Assembly: GCA_020832005.1 (NCBI GenBank)
Contig: JAFIFN010000002.1
Span: 13,600-77,599, forward strand
Reading direction: 5' to 3'
DNA: 64,000 bases
DNA from: Gammaproteobacteria bacterium
GTDB taxonomy: Bacteria > Pseudomonadota > Gammaproteobacteria > Steroidobacterales > PWYM01
A program made the translations under genes and the position numbers. The first letter of the stretch is position 1. Each line of letters starts with the position of its first letter. A model generated the notes under the pieces. It was not told the DNA's origin. It saw only the letters and a list, made by a program, of their open reading frames with translations, and made no database searches. This document shows positions 9,558-17,072 of the stretch, piece by piece.

Positions 9558-9704
9558 TCAGGATTTGCTGCCTGAGGCGCGCTGCCGGCGGCACCGCTCG
9601 GAGCAGTAGCGCACCTCGTCCCACACCCGCTGCCACTTTTTCCGCCATGTGAAGGGACGCCCGCAGATCACGCAGGTCTTGACTGGCAGGTCAGCCTTTT
9701 TCAC
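9558..9704 (-). CDS. DUF2256 domain-containing zinc-ribbon protein
   Basis: ORF 9558..9746. [39 protein letters not shown] is the DUF2256 signature (CxxC...CxxxC). The start is set at the GTG at 9702-9704, which overlaps the DUF423 stop (GTGA) and gives the family-typical 48 aa. Confidence 0.7.
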   Translation of the reverse strand: MKKADLPVKTCVICGRPFTWRKKWQRVWDEVRYCSERCRRQRASGSKS

Positions 9705-10111
9705 CGTGTCTTCGCAGCGATCGCCGTCAACAGCAACGCTGCCCACCCCGCGATAAAGGCGACCCCACCAATCGGCGTGATGAACCCCAGGGCACGGACA
9801 CCGGTGAAGACCATCGCATACAGGGAACCGGAGAAAAGCACGATGCCGATGATGAATGCCCAGCCGGCAATCATCGCGCTGCGTGCCCGCATCTGCTGGC
9901 AGAGCCAGGCGACGCCGAACAAGGCGAGCGCATGGTACATCTGGTAGCGCACGGCGGTCTCGAACACCTCAAGCATACGCGGCTCAAGCCGAGCGCTGAG
10001 CGCGTGTGCACCGAAGGCGCCTGCGGCCACGCCGAGCAGGCCGAACATTGCGGCGAATATCACGAACGTCCGGCCCTGTAACTGCGCCACCGGTGTCGCC
10101 GAAACGCTCAA
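9701..10111 (-). CDS. DUF423 domain-containing membrane protein (YgdD/TMEM256 family)
   Basis: ORF 9701..10111. [64 protein letters not shown] is the four-TM DUF423 pattern. The ORF-track start is a TTG overlapping the upstream stop (TTGA). An alternative GTG lies at 10090. Confidence 0.8.
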   Translation of the reverse strand: MSVSATPVAQLQGRTFVIFAAMFGLLGVAAGAFGAHALSARLEPRMLEVFETAVRYQMYHALALFGVAWLCQQMRARSAMIAGWAFIIGIVLFSGSLYAMVFTGVRALGFITPIGGVAFIAGWAALLLTAIAAKTR

Positions 10112-10725
10112 CCCGTGCGTTGGCGCGGGCCGACGCAGCGCGCCGAGCCATCAGGTGCGACCACACAACGTTGTGCCGGTCCGCAACGCAGTTCGGCACA
10201 GGGGTCGGCAGCCTGCGGATCACGGATGCAACGTGCCTGTCCGGTGGCATCCACGCTGCAGCGCTGGCCCGGTGGGCAGCCCATGCGCGCGCAGGCCGCA
10301 GCCTCTGCATCACTGCTGACACAGCGGGCGCGTGTGCCGTCGCTGACGCAACGCTCGCCCTGGGGGCAGCTAAGCTCGGCACAGGGATCGGGCCGTGCGC
10401 CCATCGACGGGGTGCTCTCACCCGACGCGGCAATACAACAGAAGCCGCCGTTGCCAAGCGGGTTGCAGCGCATGCCCGCGGGGCAGGGATTGGCATCGCA
10501 GACCGAACCACTCGGCGCAGGCGCGTCGGCCGCGCAATAGGCGGTATCGCCGCGCACCATGCAGCGCTGACCCGCTGGACAGCGCATGTTGCGGCAGGGA
10601 TCCGTCAGCGGCGCGCGTCCATCCGGGGTGATCTGTGCAGGCGCTGCCTGCTGGGCGAGCGCAGCGGGCGCACCTGTGAGCGCGGCGACGAACAGTACCA
10701 TCAGTATTGCCAGGCAACGCAGCAC
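10108..10725 (-). CDS. secreted cysteine-rich repeat protein (five C-x4-C-P-x-G-x-x-C-x8-9-C modules)
   Basis: ORF 10108..10818 trimmed to the GTG at 10723-10725, which has GGGGGG 7 nt upstream. This gives the signal peptide MLRCLAILMVLFVAALTGAPAALA. The mature part has five tandem modules: DPCRNMRCPAGQRC..YC, SVCDANPCPAGMRC..FCC, DPCAELSCPQGERC..RC, AACARMGCPPGQRC..RC, DPCAELRCGPAQRC..RC. Confidence 0.7.
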   Translation of the reverse strand: MLRCLAILMVLFVAALTGAPAALAQQAAPAQITPDGRAPLTDPCRNMRCPAGQRCMVRGDTAYCAADAPAPSGSVCDANPCPAGMRCNPLGNGGFCCIAASGESTPSMGARPDPCAELSCPQGERCVSDGTRARCVSSDAEAAACARMGCPPGQRCSVDATGQARCIRDPQAADPCAELRCGPAQRCVVAPDGSARCVGPRQRTG

Positions 10726-11023
10726 GACTAACCCCCCTGTGGCTCGGGCTTGCCCATTTAGGCCGATGCTGCGCTGGATGCCTGTCGCGCGCAAGCTGTC
10801 CGGGCATGCGACGGACACCCCGGCACCGGCGCGTCACGTGCCGCTGCCAAGTTGAGCGATCTTTGTCCGGACGATTGCCCGGTCTGCAGTGTGAACACTG
10901 TCAACCAGACCGCAGGCCAACCGTTGTAAGGTTCAGGTTCCGTTCAGCCTGCCTCGGCATGCTGGAGGATGAGTACCGGCGCTCACAGGGCGATTCAATC
11001 CTTTCGACACCGGGGCAGGCGCA

Positions 11024-12724
11024 GTGACTGCGAGACATCTCGTTGCCAGGCTGGAACCGCTATCAGGCGCACGGACTCTCGGCGCACTGGCGCTGGCCAT
11101 GCTGCTGCTCGCCAGTGGCTGCGGCGGCGGCTCCGGCGACAGCGCGGGGAGTGTGGCATCACCGCCGCCACCACTCCCGCCGCCGCCTGCCGTCTCCCAG
11201 GCCGAGGCGTTCAGCTTCCTGAACCAGGCGACCTTTGGCGCCACCGAGGCTAAGGCCGAACATCTGCGCGACGTCGGACTCGACGCCTGGCTCGATGCAC
11301 AGATGGACACGCCGGCCTCGCTGCAGCTGCCGCATCTGCTCGAGATCGAGTCGTCTTCGCAGGCTTTGGGCTTCACGTTCCAGGCCGACCGAGTGGACAT
11401 CTGGTTCCGCAATTCCCTGCACGGCCCCGACCAGCTGCGCCAGCGCGTGGCGTTCGCGCTGTCGCAGATCATGGTGGTCTCGCAGCTCGGCGTCCTGGTG
11501 CAGGGGCCCTGGGCGCTCGCTGATTACTACGATACGCTGGCGCGTCACGCGTTCGGCAATTTCCGCGAGCTCATGGAAGAGGTCACGCTGCACCCTGCGA
11601 TGGGTGTGTACCTGAGCATGCGCGGTAATCGCAGACCCGATCCGGCACTCAACATCCGCCCGGACGAAAACTATGCGCGAGAACTCATGCAGCTGTTCAC
11701 GATCGGCCTGGTGGAGCTCGATATCGACGGCAGCGTGCCCACCGACGCCAACGGGCAGCCCATCCCCACCTTTGACCAGTCGGTTGTGGAGGGTTTCGCG
11801 CATGTGTTTACAGGCTGGAACTTCGCCGGCGCCCCCAGTTTCGAGCAGGCCAGACCGACCATCAGTAACCAGACACAACGCATGCAGCTGTATCCGGCGT
11901 TCCACGACACCGGCGCCAAGCAATTGCTTGATGGCGTGGTGCTGCCTGCGGGACAGAGCGGTGAGCAGGACCTCGCCGATGCGCTGGACAACATCTTCAT
12001 GCATCCCAATGTCGGCCCGTTCATCGGCCGCCAGCTGATCCAGCGCCTGGTCACCAGCAATCCCTCGCCAGCGTACGTGCAGCGCGTGGCCGAAACATTC
12101 AACGACAATGGCGCAGGCGTGCGGGGCGATCTTTCGGCAGTGCTGCGTGCGATCCTGCTGGACCCGGAAGCACGCCCTGCGAACCCGTCGGATACGGCCG
12201 GCAAGCTCAAGGAGCCGCTGCTGCGGGTCACGCAGCTGTGGCGGGCCTACGAAGGTGAATCGGCCAGCGGACGCTATCAGCTGGGGCAATCGTATGTGCT
12301 GTTCGGCCAGGGTCCGTTGCAGGCACCCTCGGTGTTCAATTTCTTCAGCCCCGACTATGCGCCGCCGGGCGAGATCGGCATCCGGGGGCTGGTGGCCCCG
12401 GAGATGCAGATCGCCACCGAGTTCCAGAACACCCTGATCACCAACGTGCTGGCCGCCTACACCTTCGTTCAGAATTCGGCCAATCCCGACCTGAGACCCG
12501 ACCAGGTGGCCATCAATATCGATGAAGAGCTCACGCTGGCCAACGACATCGACGCACTGATCGACCGTGTCAGCGCGAAACTGCTGGCGGGCGAGATCTC
12601 GCCGGTGCTGCGTGCCGAGATCGTCGGCATGCTGGAACTCATCCCGGTGTCCGATGCGGTGGCGCGCGTGGCCGAGACCATTTATTTCATCGTCACCTCA
12701 CCCGAGTACGCCTACCAACGCTGA
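11024..12724 (+). CDS. DUF1800 domain-containing lipoprotein
   Basis: ORF 11024..12724 (GTG start). Lipobox LLLASGC. FLNQATFGAT, LRQRVAFALSQIMVVS, FGNFRELMEEVTLHPAMGVYLSMRGN and DENYARELMQLFTIGL are DUF1800 hallmarks. Confidence 0.85.
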   Translation: MTARHLVARLEPLSGARTLGALALAMLLLASGCGGGSGDSAGSVASPPPPLPPPPAVSQAEAFSFLNQATFGATEAKAEHLRDVGLDAWLDAQMDTPASLQLPHLLEIESSSQALGFTFQADRVDIWFRNSLHGPDQLRQRVAFALSQIMVVSQLGVLVQGPWALADYYDTLARHAFGNFRELMEEVTLHPAMGVYLSMRGNRRPDPALNIRPDENYARELMQLFTIGLVELDIDGSVPTDANGQPIPTFDQSVVEGFAHVFTGWNFAGAPSFEQARPTISNQTQRMQLYPAFHDTGAKQLLDGVVLPAGQSGEQDLADALDNIFMHPNVGPFIGRQLIQRLVTSNPSPAYVQRVAETFNDNGAGVRGDLSAVLRAILLDPEARPANPSDTAGKLKEPLLRVTQLWRAYEGESASGRYQLGQSYVLFGQGPLQAPSVFNFFSPDYAPPGEIGIRGLVAPEMQIATEFQNTLITNVLAAYTFVQNSANPDLRPDQVAINIDEELTLANDIDALIDRVSAKLLAGEISPVLRAEIVGMLELIPVSDAVARVAETIYFIVTSPEYAYQR

Positions 12725-12736
12725 GCGGAGTGGACC

Positions 12737-14077
12737 ATGACACGATTGACCAGGAGAGATCTGCTGGCCGGAAGTGCCGCCGCAGCGATGGGCACCGGCT
12801 GGCCGTCGCTGCAGGTACTGGCCGCACCGGCACCGTTCAGCGATTATCGCGCGCTGGTCTGCGTGTTCCTGTTCGGCGGCAACGACGCGTGGAACACGCT
12901 GGTGCCACGCAGCCCGGCCGAGTACGACGTTTATGCGACGTCACGCCAGAATCTTGCCATCGAGCGTGAGGCGCTGCTGCCGATCACGCCGATGGCCAGC
13001 GACGGTGTCGACTACGGTCTGCACCCGATGATGGGTGGGCTGCAGGCCCTGTTCGAACAGGGCCGGCTTGCGATCATCAACGATGTCGGACCCCTGATCC
13101 AGCCGATCACCGTAGCCGAGTACTTCTCCGGCAGCGCGACGCTGCCGCCACAGCTATTCTCGCACAACGACCAGCAGGACCAGTGGCATACCTTGAAGGG
13201 CACCAGCCAGTCGGCCACCGGCTGGGCGGGGCGCATGGCTGACGTGCTGCGAGCGCAGGTGGCCGGTCAGCAGCTCGCCACGAACATCTCGCTGTTCGGC
13301 AACTCGCTGTTCCAGGCCGCCGACGACACGATTGCCTACGTGATGGGTGCAGGCGGACCGGCGGCCTTCCTGGGTTTCGACGACAGCGGTTTCGGCCTGG
13401 AGCAGCGACGCGCGTTCGAACGCATCATTGACGCCGAGTACGGTTCCATCTATGAACGGGCCTTCGCCGCCGTGCAGCGCCGGGCGGTATCGACCGTGGA
13501 CCTGGTCACCGGTGCACTGTCGCAGGCGCCGGCGCTGCAGACGGCGTTTCCGGACTCGCAGCTGGGCGTGCAGTTGCAGACCGTGGCGCGCATGATTGCC
13601 GTGCGCGACCAGCTGGAGATGCAGCGACAGGTGTTTTTCGTCGCCATCGGCGGCTTCGACACCCACGATGATCAGAATGATCTGCAACCCGGCCTGCTCA
13701 GCGATGTCAGCGACGCGATGAGCGCCTTCTACACGGCCACCGAAGAACTCGGCGTGGCCGACGCCGTGACCACTTTCACGCAGTCGGATTTCGGCCGCAC
13801 GCTGACCTCGAACGGCACCGGCACCGACCATGCCTGGAGTTCGGTGCAGATGGTGATGGGCGGTGCGGTGCTGGGTCGCCAGCTCTACGGCCAGTATCCG
13901 CTGCTGGAGCTCGGCGGTGCCGGAGATGTCGGCGGCGGGCGCTTCATCCCGACGCTGTCGTCGGATCAGTACGCCGCAACGCTGGCGCGCTGGTTTGGCA
14001 TCGAGGCCGCGGATCTGCCAATAGTCGCGCCGAATATCGGCAACTTCGCGCAGCAGGATCTGGGGTTCATGCTCTAG
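12737..14077 (+). CDS. DUF1501 domain-containing protein (sulfatase/alkaline-phosphatase-like fold), Tat signal
   Basis: ORF 12737..14077. MTRLTRRDLLAGSAAAAMG twin-arginine signal, LVCVFLFGGNDAWNTLVP, FFVAIGGFDTHDDQ and FGRTLTSNGTGTDHAW are DUF1501 hallmarks. It lies 12 nt after DUF1800, the classic pair. Confidence 0.85.
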   Translation: MTRLTRRDLLAGSAAAAMGTGWPSLQVLAAPAPFSDYRALVCVFLFGGNDAWNTLVPRSPAEYDVYATSRQNLAIEREALLPITPMASDGVDYGLHPMMGGLQALFEQGRLAIINDVGPLIQPITVAEYFSGSATLPPQLFSHNDQQDQWHTLKGTSQSATGWAGRMADVLRAQVAGQQLATNISLFGNSLFQAADDTIAYVMGAGGPAAFLGFDDSGFGLEQRRAFERIIDAEYGSIYERAFAAVQRRAVSTVDLVTGALSQAPALQTAFPDSQLGVQLQTVARMIAVRDQLEMQRQVFFVAIGGFDTHDDQNDLQPGLLSDVSDAMSAFYTATEELGVADAVTTFTQSDFGRTLTSNGTGTDHAWSSVQMVMGGAVLGRQLYGQYPLLELGGAGDVGGGRFIPTLSSDQYAATLARWFGIEAADLPIVAPNIGNFAQQDLGFML

Positions 14078-14087
14078 AGTGGCGGAT

Positions 14088-14456
14088 TCAGCCCTCCGAG
14101 GCTGCCGCCTTCGCACACTGCACCTCATAGCGCAGGTTGCGTCGTCGCGGGTGCACCTCCGAAGCGGGGATCTGCGCCCGTGAGACGACCTCCCAGCCGC
14201 CCGGGCAGAGGTTCGCGCGGCGCATCCACGCGCCCAGCCATTCCATCCTGACCGCCTCGGCGGCGTCACTGTCTGCCGGGTAGTCTGCCGAGGTACTGGC
14301 CTCGAACAGCAGCGTACCCGGCCGCTGCCAGTCTTCCTGCAGGTCGCTCATCGTGTGGCGCTGGTAGTCGCGTTGATCGTCCATGCCGGCGCAGCCGGCG
14401 ATCGCGACGACCACACAGGCCGCAAGCATCGTCGCCGCTGATGTGATCTTGAGCAT
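14088..14456 (-). CDS. hypothetical lipoprotein
   Basis: ORF 14088..14468 trimmed to the ATG at 14456, with GAGGA upstream. Signal plus lipobox MLKITSAATMLAACVVVAIAGC. I do not recognise a family. Confidence 0.6.
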   Translation of the reverse strand: MLKITSAATMLAACVVVAIAGCAGMDDQRDYQRHTMSDLQEDWQRPGTLLFEASTSADYPADSDAAEAVRMEWLGAWMRRANLCPGGWEVVSRAQIPASEVHPRRRNLRYEVQCAKAAASEG

Positions 14457-14492
14457 CTTCTTCCTCAATGTTCGCGTCAGGCTGGGCTGACC

Positions 14493-14520
14493 TTGACAAG
14501 GATACTATCCTTGCTAGAGT
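14493..14520 (+). promoter_or_regulatory. putative vapB promoter with embedded perfect palindromic operator
   Basis: TTGACA at 14493-14498, a 16-nt spacer, then TAGAGT at 14515-14520. The palindrome CAAGGATA-C-TATCCTTG (14497-14513) fills the spacer. The start codon lies 7 nt after the -10 box. Confidence 0.5.
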
Positions 14521-14526
14521 AAGGAA

Positions 14527-14820
14527 ATGGCCAAAGTCACCAGCAAGCTTCAGGTCACCATCCCCAAGCGGATAGCCGATGAGTACGGCATTGCCCCCGG
14601 CGACGAGGTCGATTTCCTTCCGGCCGGCGATGCCATCCGGATGCAGCCTGCACGATCAGCCAGCCGCTCGCGCCTGAGTGTCGCGGAGCGGCTCAGGCTC
14701 TTTGATGCGGCGACAAACCGGCAGCGCGAGCGTGAAAAAACGATGACCGTATCCGCTCAGCCATCAGATACACGCGACTGGACACGCGAAGAACTCTACA
14801 GCCGTGGCAAGCCTCGCTGA
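14527..14820 (+). CDS. vapB: AbrB/MazE/SpoVT family antitoxin (VapB-type)
   Basis: ORF 14527..14820. MAKVTSKLQVTIPKRIADEYGIAPGDEVDF is the SpoVT-AbrB swapped-hairpin motif. It overlaps the PIN gene by 17 nt. Confidence 0.85.
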   Translation: MAKVTSKLQVTIPKRIADEYGIAPGDEVDFLPAGDAIRMQPARSASRSRLSVAERLRLFDAATNRQREREKTMTVSAQPSDTRDWTREELYSRGKPR

Positions 14821-15277
14821 TACCAACATTCTGGTCTACCAGTTCGATCCTCGCGATCCGCGCAAGCAGCAGGTGGCAACCGATGTGCTGCGCCTGGGCC
14901 TGATGCAGGACACCATCGTGCTGGCCCATCAATGCATACTCGAATTCGTAGCGGCCGTCGCCAGGCCGCGCGCGGATCTGGGCGGCGCACCGCTGCTCGC
15001 AGCGGACGCCGCGCGTCTCGAGGCGGAGAACCTGCTCAGCCAGTTCCACGTGCTGTACCCGACACGCGAAGTGGTACTGACCGCGTTGCGCGGCGCGGCG
15101 ATGTACGGGCTTTCCTGGTTCGATGCACACCTGTGGGCGTATGCCGAGGTGTACGGCCTTGCCGAAATCATCTCGGAGGACTTCGAGCATGGCCGCCATT
15201 ACGGCACTGTGCGAAGCGTCAATCCGTTCCTCGCTGAAGCTTCCGGCGTCCACGAACTGCCGCCGCTATACGCCTAA
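14804..15277 (+). CDS. vapC: PIN domain ribonuclease toxin (VapC)
   Basis: ORF 14804..15277 (GTG start). LADTNILVY near the N-terminus and SWFDAHLWAYAEVYGLAEIISED later supply the PIN acidic residues. Confidence 0.85.
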   Translation: MASLADTNILVYQFDPRDPRKQQVATDVLRLGLMQDTIVLAHQCILEFVAAVARPRADLGGAPLLAADAARLEAENLLSQFHVLYPTREVVLTALRGAAMYGLSWFDAHLWAYAEVYGLAEIISEDFEHGRHYGTVRSVNPFLAEASGVHELPPLYA

Positions 15278-15356
15278 CCTTCTACGAGATCGCGGTGTGA
15301 CCCGCTTCCAGGTACGCAGGAAGCGCTCGCAATTTACTGGCCCGCGCTACGCCTGC

Positions 15357-16136
15357 TCAGAACCGGTAACCAAACCCCAGCGTAGCGAAGTGCAGCCACG
15401 CAAACGCGTAGATGTCATCGACATCGGCACCGCCCTCAAGCGTGCGGTAGCCGCCATGGACGTACCAGCCGGAGTCGAACGCGTGTTCTGCCCGCAGCGC
15501 GACATCGAAGGCCCGGCCCTGTGAGGCCGCAGCGCCCTCGATATCCAGCACCAGCGTCGTGCGCGGCGTCATGGCGTAGCGTCCATGCAGGTGCAGCAAG
15601 GGCACGACACCCAGGTCGTCATCCTGCGCGCTGACACCGTCCTGCGTCAGGCGGATGAGCGCATCGCGCACCAGCAATGCCGCCCCCGCACCCCAGTCCC
15701 AGCGCTCGCCGCGATAGAAGCGATAGCGCCAGGTGAGACGGTAGGTGTTGAACCGGTATTGCGCGCGCGTCGCCTCGCCGGCCGCGAACTCACTGCCGGC
15801 GAAGACGATGTTCGCATCAGGCACGCCGGTGCCGTCCGTGTTGATCGGCGCCAGTGTCAGGCGCAACGCGTTGCGCTCGTTCCACCACCAGGTGCCGTTG
15901 AGCCGCAGGTCGGCACCGCTGTTGCCGACCAGTTCGGTCAGATCGAAGCGCGTGCCGCCCACATTGGGGATACGCACATCGTTGCGGCTGTAGTGATACA
16001 CGCCCAGCTCGACGTCGATGCTGGCAGGCGGACGGGCATCCCCGGCGTCGTCGGCGAGCGCAAGGCCAGGCACGCACAACACGAGCGCGACAAGCACAGG
16101 CACGGCGGCATGGCGCCGGGACAGAGATTCAGGCAT
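15357..16136 (-). CDS. outer-membrane beta-barrel protein, family not recognised
   Basis: ORF 15357..16334 trimmed to the ATG at 16136 (MPESLSRRHAAVPVLVALVLCVPGLALA signal). It has alternating amphipathic strands and a C-terminal ...ATLGFGYRF ending in Phe. Confidence 0.65.
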   Translation of the reverse strand: MPESLSRRHAAVPVLVALVLCVPGLALADDAGDARPPASIDVELGVYHYSRNDVRIPNVGGTRFDLTELVGNSGADLRLNGTWWWNERNALRLTLAPINTDGTGVPDANIVFAGSEFAAGEATRAQYRFNTYRLTWRYRFYRGERWDWGAGAALLVRDALIRLTQDGVSAQDDDLGVVPLLHLHGRYAMTPRTTLVLDIEGAAASQGRAFDVALRAEHAFDSGWYVHGGYRTLEGGADVDDIYAFAWLHFATLGFGYRF

Positions 16137-16152
16137 TCGGGAAACTCCCAGA

Positions 16153-16947
16153 TTACGGGTCGATGGAAAAACGATCGGCGTCCAGATGCGCGGGGAAGCG
16201 CTCGCGATGTTCGCGCAATTGCGCGGCCGAGAGCGCGCAGGTGACGCTTTCGTCACGATCGGCAAGATCGACGACGATCTCGCCCAGCGGATCGATGACC
16301 AGGCTGTCGCCGACGTAGGGGACGTCGTTGCCATCGCGCCCGATGCGATTCACGCCGACCACCCAGCTTAAGTTTTCGATTGCACGCGCCACCAGCAGGC
16401 TGCGCCAGGCATGGCGGCGCGCACGCGGCCAGTTGGCGACGAACAGCATCAGGTCGTAGTCCACGACGCCTTGCGCAGCCTCGCGGTTGCGGCACCACAC
16501 GGGGAAGCGCAGGTCGTAGCAGACCAGCGGACAGATGCGCCAGTCGCGCCACTCGACGATGAGCCTGCGATCGCCACCGGCGTAGCGCTTGTGTTCACCG
16601 GCCATGCGGAACAGGTGGCGCTTGTCGTACCACTGCAGGCCGCCCTCGGGCGTGGCCCAGATCAGCCGGTTGTAAATCGCGCCGTTCTCGGCGATGACCA
16701 GGCTGCCGGTGACCGCGGCATCGGCGCGGCGCGCCATCTCGCGCATCCAGGCCACGCCCTCGCCATCCATGTCCTCGGCGTTGGCGCTCGCCTCGCGGGT
16801 GAAGCCGCTGAGCAGCGTCTCGGGCAGGACGATGACATCCGTCGACCCTGCCAGCGGCTCGATACGCTCGCCGTACATGCGCATGTTTGCCTGCGGATCG
16901 TGCCAGTGGGTGGCCGCCTGTACCAGGCTGACTTGTAGGTCGTGCAT
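16153..16947 (-). CDS. yafV: omega-amidase YafV (carbon-nitrogen hydrolase/nitrilase superfamily)
   Basis: ORF 16153..17337 trimmed to the ATG at 16947 (MHDLQVSLVQ). YDKRHLFRMAGEH..IVEWRDWRICPLVCYDLRFPVW..FVANWP..ARAIEN..FPAHLDADRF aligns with E. coli YafV as I remember it. Confidence 0.85.
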   Translation of the reverse strand: MHDLQVSLVQAATHWHDPQANMRMYGERIEPLAGSTDVIVLPETLLSGFTREASANAEDMDGEGVAWMREMARRADAAVTGSLVIAENGAIYNRLIWATPEGGLQWYDKRHLFRMAGEHKRYAGGDRRLIVEWRDWRICPLVCYDLRFPVWCRNREAAQGVVDYDLMLFVANWPRARRHAWRSLLVARAIENLSWVVGVNRIGRDGNDVPYVGDSLVIDPLGEIVVDLADRDESVTCALSAAQLREHRERFPAHLDADRFSIDP

Positions 16948-17072
16948 TGTGTCTCCCGAACGGACCATAGAAAATAGCATGACAGATGTGCCAATGCTGC
17001 CGTTGCTGTGAGGCGAGACGCCCGTCGGCCAGGCTGGGCAGCTCGCAGGCCACGTGAAGGGGCAGTATCCGG

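Noticed and set aside
8478-9575. 365-aa plus-strand ORF opposite the Tat-exported flavoprotein gene.
   Set aside because: It is a shadow ORF with low-complexity His/Arg/Ala-rich sequence. The opposite strand has clear FAD-binding and Tat motifs.
10890-10905. TGTGA-N6-TCAAC, resembling a CRP/FNR half-palindrome in the Cys-repeat/DUF1800 divergent region.
   Set aside because: Only the left half matches the TGTGA-N6-TCACA consensus. The overlapping exact palindrome CAGTGT-GA-ACACTG is the more defensible observation.
11159-12289. 376-aa minus-strand ORF opposite the DUF1800 gene. The 371-aa ORF 13154..14269 opposite DUF1501 is the same kind of case.
   Set aside because: Both are antisense shadows of well-supported genes. 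They are Arg/His/Gly-rich with no recognisable motif.
15303-15325. Hairpin CGCTTCC-N9-GGAAGCG after vapC, considered as a possible terminator.
   Set aside because: The stem is short (7 bp) and there is no U-tract. This is too weak to call as a feature.
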